Positions 12,972 to 26,012 of a DNA stretch of 64,000 nt are shown here, piece by piece. The first letter of the stretch is position 1. Each line of letters opens with the position of its first letter. A program made the translations under genes and the position numbers. Under the pieces are notes generated by a model. It saw only the letters and a program-made list of their open reading frames with translations. It did no database searches and was not told the DNA's origin. The stretch lies in contig NC_092676.1 of NCBI RefSeq assembly GCF_964355755.1, positions 26,802,871-26,866,870 of the forward strand. The letters run 5' to 3'. The stretch comes from Antedon mediterranea (taxonomy: Eukaryota > Animalia > Echinodermata).

Positions 12972-14332
12972 TTAACATCAAAAGCCCTTAATTATAGCTC
13001 TGTATCAGAGTCTAACAAGAAGTATACCCCTCTGTTTGATCAATAATTATTAAGTTCCTCTTTAAATTACTACTCACTATAAAATAATAAACCAAATATT
13101 TGTATTATAGTTATAAATCCAGTGCTACAACATCATATAACATGTCATATAATAGTGTAACATCAAACAAATTATTGTATTAATCAGAAGCAGATGAAAT
13201 GATGGGAGTTTTTTTAGGATTTTGTATATATACTTTGTTTGGATTTTATTGTAAATTGGGTTTTTTTTCTAATTTTCAAATTTAAATATTTTATATTGTG
13301 TAAAGGAATTACTGACTCATTGAGTCATAGTGGTCTAGGTTGCTTTTGTTTTCTGATCTGTTTTTATGTTTTCTGATCTGTTTTTATTGGGTTTTTTTTT
13401 TGTTGGTCAAATAAATAAGGTTTTTTGTTGTTGTTTATTTCAGAATATACAATTCTTGAAAGACATGCATATTGTATTATGACATTTTAATTGATTGTTC
13501 CTGTGTTCTGATTTCTATTTTTGCTCTCATATAATGTGAAAATAGCCTAATGTAGTTTCAGTTTAGTCAATCAATTAGTTATTTAGTAGGTTTTAAACAG
13601 TAAATTATAATTAGCCTAATTGTTTCATTATTGTTTCTCAGATGAAAAAGCCCTGAATAAACGCAGAATTTAAAAGCTGATTTCGATTTCATTAACAGAA
13701 TTTGTTAAATAGCTATAACTTTAATTTGTCCAGAAAACCTAGTGATTTTCAGCAAAATAATGACATAGTAAAATGAGATACCGTGCTGTGTATATGCTAA
13801 TTTATTGTTTCAAATGGAATGAATTTTAAATATGCGTTTTCTTACGGCCATGACCTCAGAGTTCGTAATCTAGTTTACTAGCAAATTTATCAAATTCGTT
13901 GAACTTTACCAAGACACCTATCGGATTACTGATAAGTAGCAAACGATATACTATTAATATTATATGATGGTTCATATTCATTTTAATGGTTTATGATATC
14001 CGGTAGTAGACCAAACTGTGCCAGCCTATCAAAAAGACAGTTTGGTAAATTGTGAGAATTAGTATCAAAATAACAATTCTTAGAACAATTCAAAATTATA
14101 TGCCAGGTGCTATGTTATAGTAAGATAAAATCATTTTAGTTATTTTGTTTTCATCAATTATCTCCTGATTGTGCAAAATATGTTCTTTAATCTTAGTGTG
14201 ACAAATAAAATTTATGAAGAAATGTTTTTGTTTGTATTTTTTTTTTAAACCTAGTTTTAATATAAATTAAAAGTTAAAAAAGGAATAATATAATGGTATA
14301 ATTATAAGACTGTATGAATGAGAATGCAAATT

Positions 14333-14527
14333 CCAACTCAGACAGCATCGTACGACTAGACCAGATGAGACGTCTTGACTCGCCAGTTTGGTCTGAGTTG
14401 AATCACGACGAGACTAGAAAAAGCATCGGCCGTAGTTTTTAGGTTGTCAGGAAAACATTGTAGTCTTATTTTCTTTCGACGAGATGACTCATCAGGCCTC
14501 ATCGTAAGACGCTGCCTGAGTTGGCCT
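14333..14527. mobile_element. Degenerate MITE with ~45-bp imperfect TIRs
   Basis: ccaactcagacagcatcgtacga... versus ...tcgtaagacgctgcctgagttgg. Confidence 0.6.
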
Positions 14528-15203
14528 TTAGTAATGCTCTGATTTCCATTCTCTCAAAACCATACATGTTTTTGTACGGTACTCTTGGTATATACAAGTT
14601 AAAAACATTTACTTAGTTAGTCAGTTCAATAATGTCATTGTCAATCGACAATGAATATTTGGCGACACCTCATGAGATTATATTACTTGCCAGCATGGTT
14701 TTTTGAGACCTGGATGCAGGATCTTTTGTAGTATTGTCGCTACTAAGAATGTATATGTTTATGATAGGGTAAAAGGTATTTACTATTTTAACCTTTGATG
14801 TTTGTGATGGAAACACAATAGTCTCACGTCTGCTGCAGACATATGCAATGCATACATACCCAAACATATTTTTTAACAGCACTTAGTTTCACAAAACATG
14901 TTTTAAGTGCTAATGCTAACGTCTTGTTAGTTTAACTTAACCACTGGTGTGTTTTAAGTACGTCATTGAAAAATTAATTAATTCTTGCAAACTTTTTTGA
15001 AAGAAAGTTTTACTGAATCCTATATACCCTTAAACTAATACATTTGATATACAGCATGATAATATAAAACAAAACTAGATATGTATTCTTGGATCAGTTT
15101 TATCTATATTTAGATAAACAGGTAAATGCTGTGACTATAATAATGAATGTTTATGAGTTGCCTGAGGATGGGTTGAACAAACATATACATAGGCCTATTG
15201 TTA

Positions 15204-15351
15204 AGCTCTGTCAACACTACTATTAACTCAAATGTGATGTGCCCGTATATGGACATGATGTCATATCACTACTATGTTTAGGCATATCCCTACCATATTT
15301 AGGCACATCACACATTTTTTGTCAAACTAGTTTGATAGTGTAGACAAAGCT
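15204..15351. mobile_element. Harbinger-like MITE family A
   Basis: Same TIRs, TTA/TAA flanks. Confidence 0.75.
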
Positions 15352-16379
15352 TAATGTAAAGTTTTTCAAATTAATCTGTCGCTTCCATGTTTAATTGAAT
15401 CGCAACACATTGGATGGTCACGGAGTAAGCAGTTTGATGGCACATTGTGTCCACAGCCTAACATTTCATAATATTCCATGCAATAGTGCCCACAATCATT
15501 AAAATGAGAGATACTAATGCTTGACACATGTCACCCAATTAAATGGCAAAGAAATTTAAATTTAAAATGAAAAAAGGCAGTGAATAGTACTTATACTAAT
15601 CTAGTAATATTATCAAAATTGCTATAAAAATGGAAATATTATAGAAAAACCAGCAAATTAGCATATAAATGTACTATCATTGTGCAGTTATACAAACACT
15701 TTGAATAAGTAAACCCAAACATCTATTTAATCGGCCTCGGAGAATACAATGTATGAGATCACATTGCTTGTTTAGGGAAAGTCCCCAAAAATTTTAAAAA
15801 TCGCTTCATTTTATTTAGTCAAATGACAATAGGGTCAAAATCTCAATGTCTAGTACCTCCTTTGAAGTAGCGTGAATAGCTTAAAATTGACTTTTATATT
15901 TTTTAATTCACGCCTTAGCACTCGGGGCGTTATATTGTTATGTTGGTATTGTTGTGTGAATATTACAAGGCCAAGTATTTTGATAATATTATTGTTGGTA
16001 GTAGTCGAATCAATTTAGTATTTTGATATTTTTATATATATATATATAATATATATTTATCTACCAATACGATAATATAATATTATTGTGCTAAACCATG
16101 CCCCTTCCCAACCCCCTAGAAATGTATGTACTTTTTTTGTACTTAATTTTTTTCATAGATATGCTGACTTTTCACCTTGGAGCTAAAAAATATCTTACTA
16201 ACTTTCTTTATTACAATTTTCTGACAAACTTTCTCCTGAGTAAATAAATGAAGCAGTCAATTTTTCAAATGCCATGTTTGATTTATAAATCTATTCAATT
16301 ATTCTAAGTAGTTATTCTAAAGCTTGATAAAATACATCCATGTGATATTAGTTCTTTTAGTATAGTCCAAGTAGTTTAA

Positions 16380-17005
16380 AGCCCCATTCCATACGTTTTT
16401 TAGATCTAATTTAAGATCACAAACTATATTTAATGTAAAAATAATACTATATGGTCCTATTGCGATAACTTTTTTCGTCTTTAAACGGTTAAAAATGTGA
16501 AAAATAAATCGATTCTAATAATTATAGCGGCCCGCTATAAATCCCAAAATGCATTGCGCGCGGATTGATATTTTTGTTTTTCACCTGTAATTCGCCCACT
16601 TTTCGATCGATCGTAAAGCCAAAACAAATGGAAGACTCCTAACTTTTCAGCGAAAATACCGGGTTTTCCCCAATTTGTATCAACGAAGTCTGGCAAAAAT
16701 AGAAAGACAATTAATGCAGCAACTATACAACGTCAGGCTAGGTATATGGCTAGCGTACGAGGTTCGTACGTTATCGATGTTTACCAGCTAGGCCTATAAA
16801 ACTAAGCCTAGCTAGGCTAGGCCTAAGACCGTCCACGAGAGGGCGATCGCCGCGAGCTACTTAGGTAGTGCATTGTTTCTCACTTTTTATCATAATTTAC
16901 CATAAAACGTACATTTAAGACAAGGAATGACATGGTTTAATGTTTTTAAAGTGATATATATGTATTATTTTCCAAAAAACGTCCAAAATTGCAGGGAAGG
17001 GGTCT
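16380..17005. mobile_element. Second, longer copy of the Kolobok-like MITE
   Basis: Near-identical to 4055-4626 plus an extra internal segment near 16690-16742; TTAA flanks. Confidence 0.8.
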
Positions 17006-17010
17006 TTAAC

Positions 17011-17205
17011 TTGATCATGATGGACTCTTTTTCTGACATTGCTGTCACTGGTTAACACAGAGTAAGTTGATCATGATCAACTCTAATTGTGATAACTCTG
17101 TCACATGTTCACATAGAGTAAATTGATCATGATCAACTCCAATTGTGATAACTTTGTCACATGTTCACACAGAGTAAATTGATCATGACCAACTCTGATT
17201 CTGAT
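17011..17205. repeat. 56-bp tandem repeat (~3.5 copies) with palindrome TTGATCATGATCAA
   Basis: Units start at 17011, 17067, 17123 and 17179. Confidence 0.85.
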
Positions 17206-18180
17206 CCATTACCTTTATTTCTGTTTATTGACATTTCTTTGGAATGCAACTATCCAACTGATCATAATCTAAGTCTGATCATACTTTTAAAACGTTTGTT
17301 CTTTTTATGTTGACATTCCAGTTTTATGAAAAAACAAATCAGATTATTTTCAATGTCAGATACCTGACTTTGATTTTTTTATTTTTATAAGCACTTGGCA
17401 CACATTCTTAATTTCTGAGGGAGTTTCCCTAAAAGTTTAATGGCTTCCTGGAGTGCTTTCTACAATGTCACAACATGAGAGTATCCAGGTCCCATTTTGT
17501 AAATATATAATGCTTTTATTAGAACTTCACTTTTTAATGGTCGTTATACTGATGAAAAAAAGCTAATAGATAGGCTAATTGTCAGTAGATATTTGCGTTT
17601 TCTCACCCATTTCAAGTTTTTGAAACTAAACTTCATGACATCCTTTTGCCCAGGCAGTGAAATGTTCGACATCCAGATTTTAAAGATGTCTCAACATTTT
17701 GACAGCGAACAAATGTTTGCTGTGCTATAAATAGCATGCGAAACCAAACCTTTTCATGTGTCGTTTTTAAAAATACAATGCTAGAAAGAATACTGTATGG
17801 GAACTGTACTATATATAAAATGTGACGTACAATACTTCAATCAAAATATATAATTTAGTATGTGTTACATAAATCCTTCTTACAATAACATTGAATTAAC
17901 AAATTGTAACAAGGCATGCTATTGTAATCCAGTTAATCATTCCTAATCTGAAGGATTACATGGGATTTACTCCTGTTGTTCATATACCATGGCCTGTGGT
18001 TTTGTTGCGTTTTATAACGCTTACGATTTACTCGTCATGCATAGCATTATAGTATGCTGGTATTCGGACGTCAACATTGTTCAAGGGCTTTTGTGATGAT
18101 TTTCATAATTATTAGTAAAGCAGCCTATTGTAAATTAAAATAAAATTATCATGGTCATCACTAAAATTGGCACAAGAGTT

Positions 18181-20331
18181 GCACTTGTATAAATTGATAC
18201 TTGTTAGAGAACACCTGTATAAGTGATATATGCCAGAGAACATGTGTATATGAGTGATATCTGCTAGAGAACACTTGTATAAGTGATACCGGTTTGTGAC
18301 ACCTGTATAAGTGATATCTGTTAGAGAACACCTGTATATGTGATATCTGTTAGAGAACACTTGTATAAGTGATATATGTTAGAGAACGCCTGTATAAGTG
18401 ATATCTGTTAGAGAACACCTGTATGTGATATCTGTTAGAGAACGCCTGTATAAGTGATATCTGTTAGAGAACACCTGTATAAGTGATATCTGTGGGAGAA
18501 CACTTGTATAAGTGATATCTGTTAGAGAACACTTGTATAAGTGATATCTGTTAGAGACACTTGTATAAGTGAACACTTGTATAAGTGATATATGTTAGAG
18601 AACACCTGTATAAGTGATATCTGTTAGAGAACACCTGTATAAGTGATATCTGTTAGAGACACTTGTATAAGTGATATCTGTTAGAGAACACCTGTATAAG
18701 TGATATCTGTTAGAGACACTTGTATAAGTGATATCTGTTAGAGAACACTTGTATAAGTGATATCTGTTAGAGAACACTTGTATAAGTGATATATGTTAGA
18801 GAACACCTGTATAAGTGATATCTGTTAGAGAACACCTGTATAAGTGATATCTGTTAGAGACACTTGTATAAGTGAACACTTGTATAAGTGATATATGTTA
18901 GAGAACACCTGTATAAGTGATATCTGTTAGAGAACACTTGTATAAGTGATATCTGTTAGAGAACACTTGTATAAGTGATATCTGTTAGAGAACACTTGTA
19001 TAAGTGATATATGTTAGAGAACGCCTGTATAAGTGATATCTGCTAGAGAACACTTGTATAAGTGAACACTTGTATAAGTGATATATGTTAGAGAACACCT
19101 GTAGAAGTGATATATGTTAGAGAACACCTGTATAAGTGATATCTGTTAGAGAACACTTGTATAAGTGAACACTTGTATAAGTGATATCTGTTAGAGAACA
19201 CTTGTATAAGTGAACACTTGTATAAGTGATATATGTTAGAGAACACCTGTAGAAGTGATATATGTTAGAGAACACCTGTAGAAGTGATATATGTTAGAGA
19301 ACACTTGTATAAGTGATATCTGTTAGAGAACACTTGTATAAGTGATATCTGTTAGAGAACACTTGTATAAGTGATATCTGTTAGAGAACACTTGTATAAG
19401 TGAACACTTCTATAAGTGATATATGTTAGAGAACACCTGTAGAAGTGATATATGTTAGAGAACACCTGTATAAGTGATATCTGTTAGAGAACACTTGTAT
19501 AAGTGAACACTTGTATAAGTGATATATGTTAGAGAACACCTGTATAAGTGAACACCTGTATAAGTGATATCTGTTAGAGAACACTTGTATAAGTGAACAC
19601 TTGTATAAGTGATATATGTTAGAGAACACCTGTATAAGTGATATCTGTTAGAGAACACTTGTATAAGTGATATCTGTTAGAGAACACTTGTATAACTGAT
19701 ATCTGTTAGAGAACACTTGTATAAGTGATATATGTTAGAGAACGCCTGTATAAGTGATATCTGCTAGAGAACACTTGTATAAGTGAACACTTGTATAAGT
19801 GATATATGTTAGAGAACACCTGTATAAGTGATATATGTTAGAGAACACCTGTATAAGTGATATCTGTTAGAGAACACCTGTATAAGTGATATATGTTAGA
19901 GAACACTTGTATAAGTGAACACTTGTATAAGTGATATATGTTAGAGAACACCTGTAGAAGTGATATATGTTAGAGAACACCTGTAGAAGTGATATATGTT
20001 AGAAAACACTTGTATAAGTGATATCTGTTAGAGAACACTTGTATAAGTGATATCTGTTAGAGAACACTTGTATAAGTGATATATGTTAAAGAACGCCTGT
20101 AGAAGTGATATATGTTAGAGAACACCTGTAGAAGTGATACCTGTTTGTGACACCTGTATAATTGATATCTGTTAGAGATACACCTGTATAAGTGATATCT
20201 GTTAGAGAACACCTGTATAAGTGATATATGTTAGAGAACGCCTGTAGAAGTGATATATGTTAGAGAACACCTGTAGAAGTGATACCTGTTTGTGACACCT
20301 GTATAATTGATATCTGTTAGAGATACACCTG
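18181..20331. repeat. 29-bp minisatellite (~2.15 kb) with 16- and 27-bp variant units
   Basis: Unit GAGAACAC(C/T)TGTATAAGTGATAT(C/A)TGTTA. Confidence 0.95.
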
Positions 20332-22069
20332 TTCTTTTCATATAAGGACTGGAACCAGTACATATCTGGCTTGTTTAAACAAGAACCCAGAACTACAAAA
20401 AATAACCCAAAAAAAAAACAAACAAAAAATGCATATAATAGTGGTCTAGAGTGATATTGTTTTGAGCATCAACAAGTAGTGTCCGTAAGCCACCATATGT
20501 GATCTAGTATGTGATCTAGTATCACGATTACAAGTACCAGTTCATCTTTCGGGAAGTGTAGGGTGCACAACCCCTTTCATCATTAAGAGGTTGGCTGAAG
20601 GTGTAGACAGACCATAATCCCTCTATAAAATGACTGATATACCCTATCTATATAGAATAACAAAAAATTCAAAATCATTTTGGGGAATATATAATCTTGC
20701 TACCTTTTTTTGATTTGTTTAAAAAGTCAATACTGTACATACAATGCAATTGTAAACTGTATTTAATGTGATAATAGAATCATTCAATCATTAAATATTG
20801 ATATTTGTTTATAATACTATTATATATTTCAGTTATTTTGGTAAGTTGCCAAATTGTGTGAAGGTAGGTCCACATGTCAGAAGTTGATTGGATGATGATA
20901 ATAACTTGTACAAAAGTCTCGATGCTTTTCAGAAGAAAAAAAATATAATGCTACAACAATAACAAATATGTACGTGATTGAAATGATAGATATTCTTATG
21001 GTACATGTGACAGAATTTCGGTTTACTATTTGTACAGTACAGTATATATATATTTTCTTAATCCTATTGTAACACTACATTCTCACTAACAATAAAACCT
21101 AAACAAAGCAGGTGGATAATTTATTCACATACTATTTAATCGCTCGCAGCAGAAAGAAGCCTTTCATGTTTTTGCTATACTCTGAAAATAAAATAAAAGG
21201 GACAGATTTTGGGGAAAAAAAGGTAAAATCAAAATCATGTGTTTAGTAAGTTTGAAAGGTTTGAAAGGCCAATATTTTAGTTTGTGTCCCTGCCAAAATG
21301 TACCAATAAGTTTGTTTCCCATTGGTTGGACTTTCTCAAAGCAATGATATGTTTTAGGGATTTCCCTTTTATTAGAATGCATCCCTTTATAATTACCCTA
21401 GGGTCTAGGATAGGTACTAAGTTATTTGAGGAGAAATAAGAATAGACCATGGGATATTCCAAATAAAGTTTACAGATTGTTTTTATAAAACTTATTATTT
21501 AATGAACTTCAGACCAAAGCAGTATGATGCATTTTTATTTGTTGACATTACAGCATTATATTACCTTTGTAGTTTCCATTTTGCAGCCCCCAAGGGCGCT
21601 TTAAGTAGGCCTAAGTCATGAAACATGTTCTTCAGAACATTGCTGCCTCTTGCGCTATTTTCAAAATTTCAAACATATTTTTCTTTCCCCCTGTTTCAAC
21701 TAGGGAATAATTTTAGTGATAAATTAAGTTTACCAACATATTGAAGAAGAAAAAGTTATTTGAAATAGAAATTGTGGAAAACATTTTAAAAGTGTTTTGT
21801 TCTGGTATATTTTTGGTGGAAATCAGTTTGTGCATATGGTAGCATTTCAGTCATTTGAATACCAATTAGGTTGGACCTTTAAAATCAAAGTTCTAAAATG
21901 AAATTTATCTTTTAATCGACGAAATACTAATTTTATTGAGTAAATGTTATCAAAAATGTATATAAATGTTATTCTTTCTAGCTGTTTTACTTTATCGTTT
22001 TGATTAAGCTTTTTGCTTATTTTATTTATATCCATTGATTTACAGTAGGTCTTACTAACCACTATGTCA

Positions 22070-22167
22070 TTTTTAGTCGCGTGCAAACCAAGACTCTACA
22101 GCTCACTATGGTTGGTTGGTCGGCAAATTTGCGCACATGACTGCAGCCATGTATATGGCCTTGTTTT
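22070..22167 (+). mobile_element. Short HINE family 2 copy
   Basis: Both termini present, interior deleted. Confidence 0.7.
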
Positions 22168-22234
22168 CAGTAATTTGCCTTTAGTTAGATGCAAATAAAT
22201 GTACATTTTTGTTGTGTAAACTAATAGTTAATTC

Positions 22235-22372
22235 CATAATGATGAACTTGGTTCTTTAATGTGTACACTGGTTATCACTTTGTACACTAGACCTATGGTT
22301 TATAATTCTTATCCGAGAAGACTTGTTTCACCAGCCGAACTAGGAGCGAGTCGACCTCGAACCCTTGCTGAT
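22235..22372 (-). mobile_element. Fragment of the same SINE family
   Basis: Reverse complement of ~23100-23235. Confidence 0.7.
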
Positions 22373-23036
22373 ATTTTTCATTTCAGAATTAACTTAACAC
22401 TATTCAGGTGTGTTTATGAAATGCTTTGAAAGAAGGAAAGGGAGCAGTCTTTACTTTGAAAGCCAAACCTTTTAAAATATGATTAATAAAACATGGTGTT
22501 TTGCTCCATAAAGAAGATAAACACATTCAGTCGAAATCTATTAAAGGGACACTTTCGGGACCAAATACAGTGTCCCCTTAATAAGCGTTTGCCGTAGTGT
22601 TAAAACATTTACCCCTCGTTTGTTTGACGGGGAAGTTTTTCCTTGGCGTGTCCCAAAGTAGGTTCTACTGCTGTAGTAGTTAGTGACTGAGTTGAATACG
22701 CAAATTCAAACTGGCGTATCTCATGCAGCCACATTCGGTTACCTCGCTCCATGTTTTTGTGTCGCTTATAGCTGATAATTGATATAGGTGTGGTTTGTAA
22801 TATTCGATAAAGCAATGTTGGATATTCGCATCGCACGGTTCTTCACCTTTATAATGCTTTTTTTTTATTCTAAAGATACCACATGAAACTGTGGTGAACC
22901 TGTTGATAGTTGTGTTTTGAAAATAATATTAAAACGAAAATAAAACTAAGGAAGTATTGTTGACTGTTGTAAGCATTCTAACAATTATGAAAAATAAACA
23001 ATTTGCTCTGTAGTGTTAGTTAGATTTAGTTTATTA

Positions 23037-23527
23037 AGCTCTGTCCACACTATCAAACTTAATGTGACAAAAAATGTGATGTGTCCATATATGGCAACAT
23101 CCGCAAGGGTTTGAGGCCGACTCGCTCCTAGTTCTGGTGGTGGAACAAGTCTTCTCGGATAAGGACTATAAACCGTAGGTCCAGTGTACACAGTTATAAC
23201 CTGTGTGTACTTTAAAGAAACCCAGTTCATTATTCGAAAAAGAGTAGGGGGTTACCCCGGTGAACTGGTTCACACAATAGCCCCTGTATCAGGGGGATTA
23301 CCACCTATCTGATAGGACAGTGATTAATTCACTATTGGTTATCCTTGGCCACATTGCCTAAAGACATAAAATAAAATAAAATGGACATGATGATGTCATA
23401 TCACTACCACATTTGGGCATATCACTTAGAGGCGCCCTGCATTTTGCCCTATATAAATTGAACATTATTATTATTATTATTACTATCATATTTTTTGTCA
23501 AACTAGTTTGATAGTGTAGACAGAGCT
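23037..23527. mobile_element. PIF/Harbinger-like MITE (family A) carrying a nested SINE and a LINE-tail insertion
   Basis: TIR AGCTCTGTC(C/T)ACACTATCAAACT; TTA TSD; internal 21-bp repeats. Confidence 0.8.
23095..23380 (+). mobile_element. Deu/Nin-domain SINE, 5'-truncated, ATGG TSD
   Basis: tcttctcggataaggactataaaccgtaggtcc...aaagaaaccc...aagagtagggggttaccccggtg resembles the Nin/Deu core; (TAAAA)n tail. Confidence 0.7.
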
Positions 23528-25169
23528 TTAGTTTGTTTGTTTGTTGTTGTTTGTTTGTATTTTAAGGTGTATACAAAAAATTCATAATTTTTTACCATCA
23601 TAAAGGATAAAAATCTACTGAAAACACAATTTATTTTTTAGGTACATAAAAATGTAGGGCAAATTAAATTATTTTGTTGTGTTTTAATCTATATTTTAAA
23701 ATCTAACTAGTAATTAAATTAATTTATAAGTATTTCGGAAATTATAATACAAAATATAGGACGTTAAGTTTAGCACTTACAACAGTCAAAATGTTAAAAT
23801 TATGAAATATATTGCTTTAATAATTTAGTTATGCTTTATTAGATTATTATTTATAAGAATAGAAATATGTTTCCCCTAATTGTTTTCGTTATATAATTAT
23901 ATTTCTTATCATTCCAGTTGACTGGACATAATTGATTGTTCACCCACGTTAAAACTAATAGGATGTGCGTTTTAATAAACCACAGGAAAGGCAGTTAATA
24001 CTTCAAATACCAACTGGACTGCTACCAGTACCATGCTCATTTTAGCCCCACTTCAATCCTGTCAAATTGGTTGTTGCGGTATATGATGTTCCGGAATTGG
24101 AAAGCAGAATGACCATCGGAGTAGCACCAACGATACTGGGATTATTTAAAATTATTTTTATTAAACTTGGTATATTAATGGTTAATGGTTTTAAATTTAT
24201 ATAGCGCAAAATACAAATAGTCTCTATGCGCTGTTTAGCACAAGTGTAAAAATGAAAAAGTTGATGTAAAATAAACCAGGAAAAAGCCTAATAAACCGAA
24301 TAAATTGACCAAGACAACAGAAAAAAAGTCTGAAAAAAGAATCTCACATCACCATACTGTTTCACTAACTTGTCAAGACAAGCTAGCTATTTATGTCATT
24401 ATCCATATAGTTTTGCTATTAGCTGAATGTATGAGAATGATGTGACATTAAATATTTTTTTGTCAAAATTTTGCACCATTTTCTGTATTTGTATTCATGT
24501 TGTGTAACCGCCTGTGAGCAATTTTCTATATCTTTTATGTAAATAAACACAGTATGAGAAAAAAATGCTAAATCAAAGTATAAAAGTGAAAAGAAAAGCT
24601 TATTATTCTTAAAATATTATTTTCTCAGGAAAAAAAAAAATAAAATTATTGTTTAGTGGCAAAAGAAGATAAAAGCAACAGAAAAAAGCAGTAATATTAA
24701 AGTTAGACATGAGTTGTATGTTTTAAAAGATATATTTTTTTTGTTTAATGTCATTTTATTTTCACATAATATTTATTCATTTTGACAGGAAAAAAATTTA
24801 TAATTTTATTTAAAAATATCAAATCTAAAGAAAGAAGGCCATTATCTGTCAGATAACTGGTGTTTGGTAAATTTAATTGTTAATTAACTTTATCGTAATT
24901 GGGTTTTTATTCGCAGAAAACCACAGAATTTAAATTGCATTCATCTTTTATGATAATAATAATACCATACCTTTCAAGGAGTGTTCTGCTTCCTATTAAT
25001 TTTCAGTTTTTCTGCTGCTTTTAGTAAAAAAACAAAACTATTGTTAAATGTTAAATCACATTTCTGTTCTACCAAATGACTTTATAAGTCAATCATAGTC
25101 TTAACTTGTTTTTTATATTATTGTTTTTGTAATATTTACGTGTTTAATGCTATACTTTGTAATGTTTAT

Positions 25170-25342
25170 ATTTTTATTTTAGATTGTAAAAGGATCCCAA
25201 TGGAAATAAGCTGATAAGCTTTTTGGGCTATCCTGGAAAATCTTTTATAAATGTATTATTTGTAATGTCCGTAATTTATGTTATCACTTTGTATGTATTT
25301 TTTATGATGATTTTCCAAATAAATTCAAATCAAATCAAATCA
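25170..25342 (+). mobile_element. LINE 3'UTR remnant with hairpin and (AAATC)n tail
   Basis: ggatccca...aagctgataagctt...tgggctatcc stem-loop, AATAAA, aaatc repeats. Confidence 0.4.
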
Positions 25343-25732
25343 TTGAAAATGCATATTGAATGAAATATTACAGGATAGGGTTAGGCCTGAGGAGTGTCCT
25401 CATACAGGAGTGGTCTTTTACTAAGCCCTGTTAAATGTAAACTAAACTATAAACACTATTGACCTATTACTGATGATGTTGATAACATCATAGTGAAATT
25501 ATTATAAACAAATTACCAATTTAAACATTGTTCTTATTTACAGTAATCTAATCTAATGAAACTCTAATTAAGAAACATGTGTTCAAACCTACATTTTTTT
25601 AATTAAAAGAATGGCCAAAAAGTAAAGAAAAGTAACAATTTAGGTTGCAAATAATAAAGATTTGAAGACATGATTATTTACAGGTTGTGTTCACCAGTTG
25701 TTATAGAATATTGTAGACATCAGTCACAAACT

Positions 25733-26012
25733 TATACTACTTGTCTCTACACACCCTTATCCCCTGCCCTTTCAACACCCCAACCCGTTCAGTATGACTG
25801 GCCTCTCGCATCATGAACTACTTCTACAGATAACCTGTTTTTACACACCCCTTATCCCTCTGTCTACACCCCAACCAGTAATGCACATACTGGCCTCTCG
25901 CATCACGATTAACTACTCCTAGTCTGTTTCTACACACCCCTTACCCCCTGCCCTTTCTACACCCCACCCCTTTATCAGTAATGCACATACTGGCCTCTCA
26001 CATGATGATGAA
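25733..26012. repeat. ~90-bp C-rich tandem repeat, 3 copies
   Basis: tacacacccttatcccctg...tactggcctctcgcatca units. Confidence 0.8.

Larger units (their letters stand above)
520..14840 (-). pseudogene. Decayed Ig/FN3 receptor exon remnants, copy 2 (tentative)
   Basis: ~14830-14630 ETIVFPS..AKYSLSIDN; ~12610-12480 CSNNGCHGYSSIEVNIT and FGKPPP; ~10135-10072 TVQHPILQPESTLNKILNVY; ~10000-9930 FYCNFIDNPGHTY; ~1700-1230 LNVNLTVPNSPTISG..LTI..HKCT..LIVQG; ~685-560 IVVRWFP..FIE (FN3 start). Confidence 0.35.

Noticed and set aside
14470-14500. CTGATGA...GAAA on the minus strand (hammerhead-like)
   Set aside because: Stem II cannot form (gtc..gtc), there is no helix III or I, and it lies within a MITE TIR
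18181-20331. CRISPR-like array of 29-bp partly palindromic repeats, and the ORFs called within it
   Set aside because: Units are contiguous with no unique spacers and no cas genes, in a eukaryotic context; the ORFs are repeat translations
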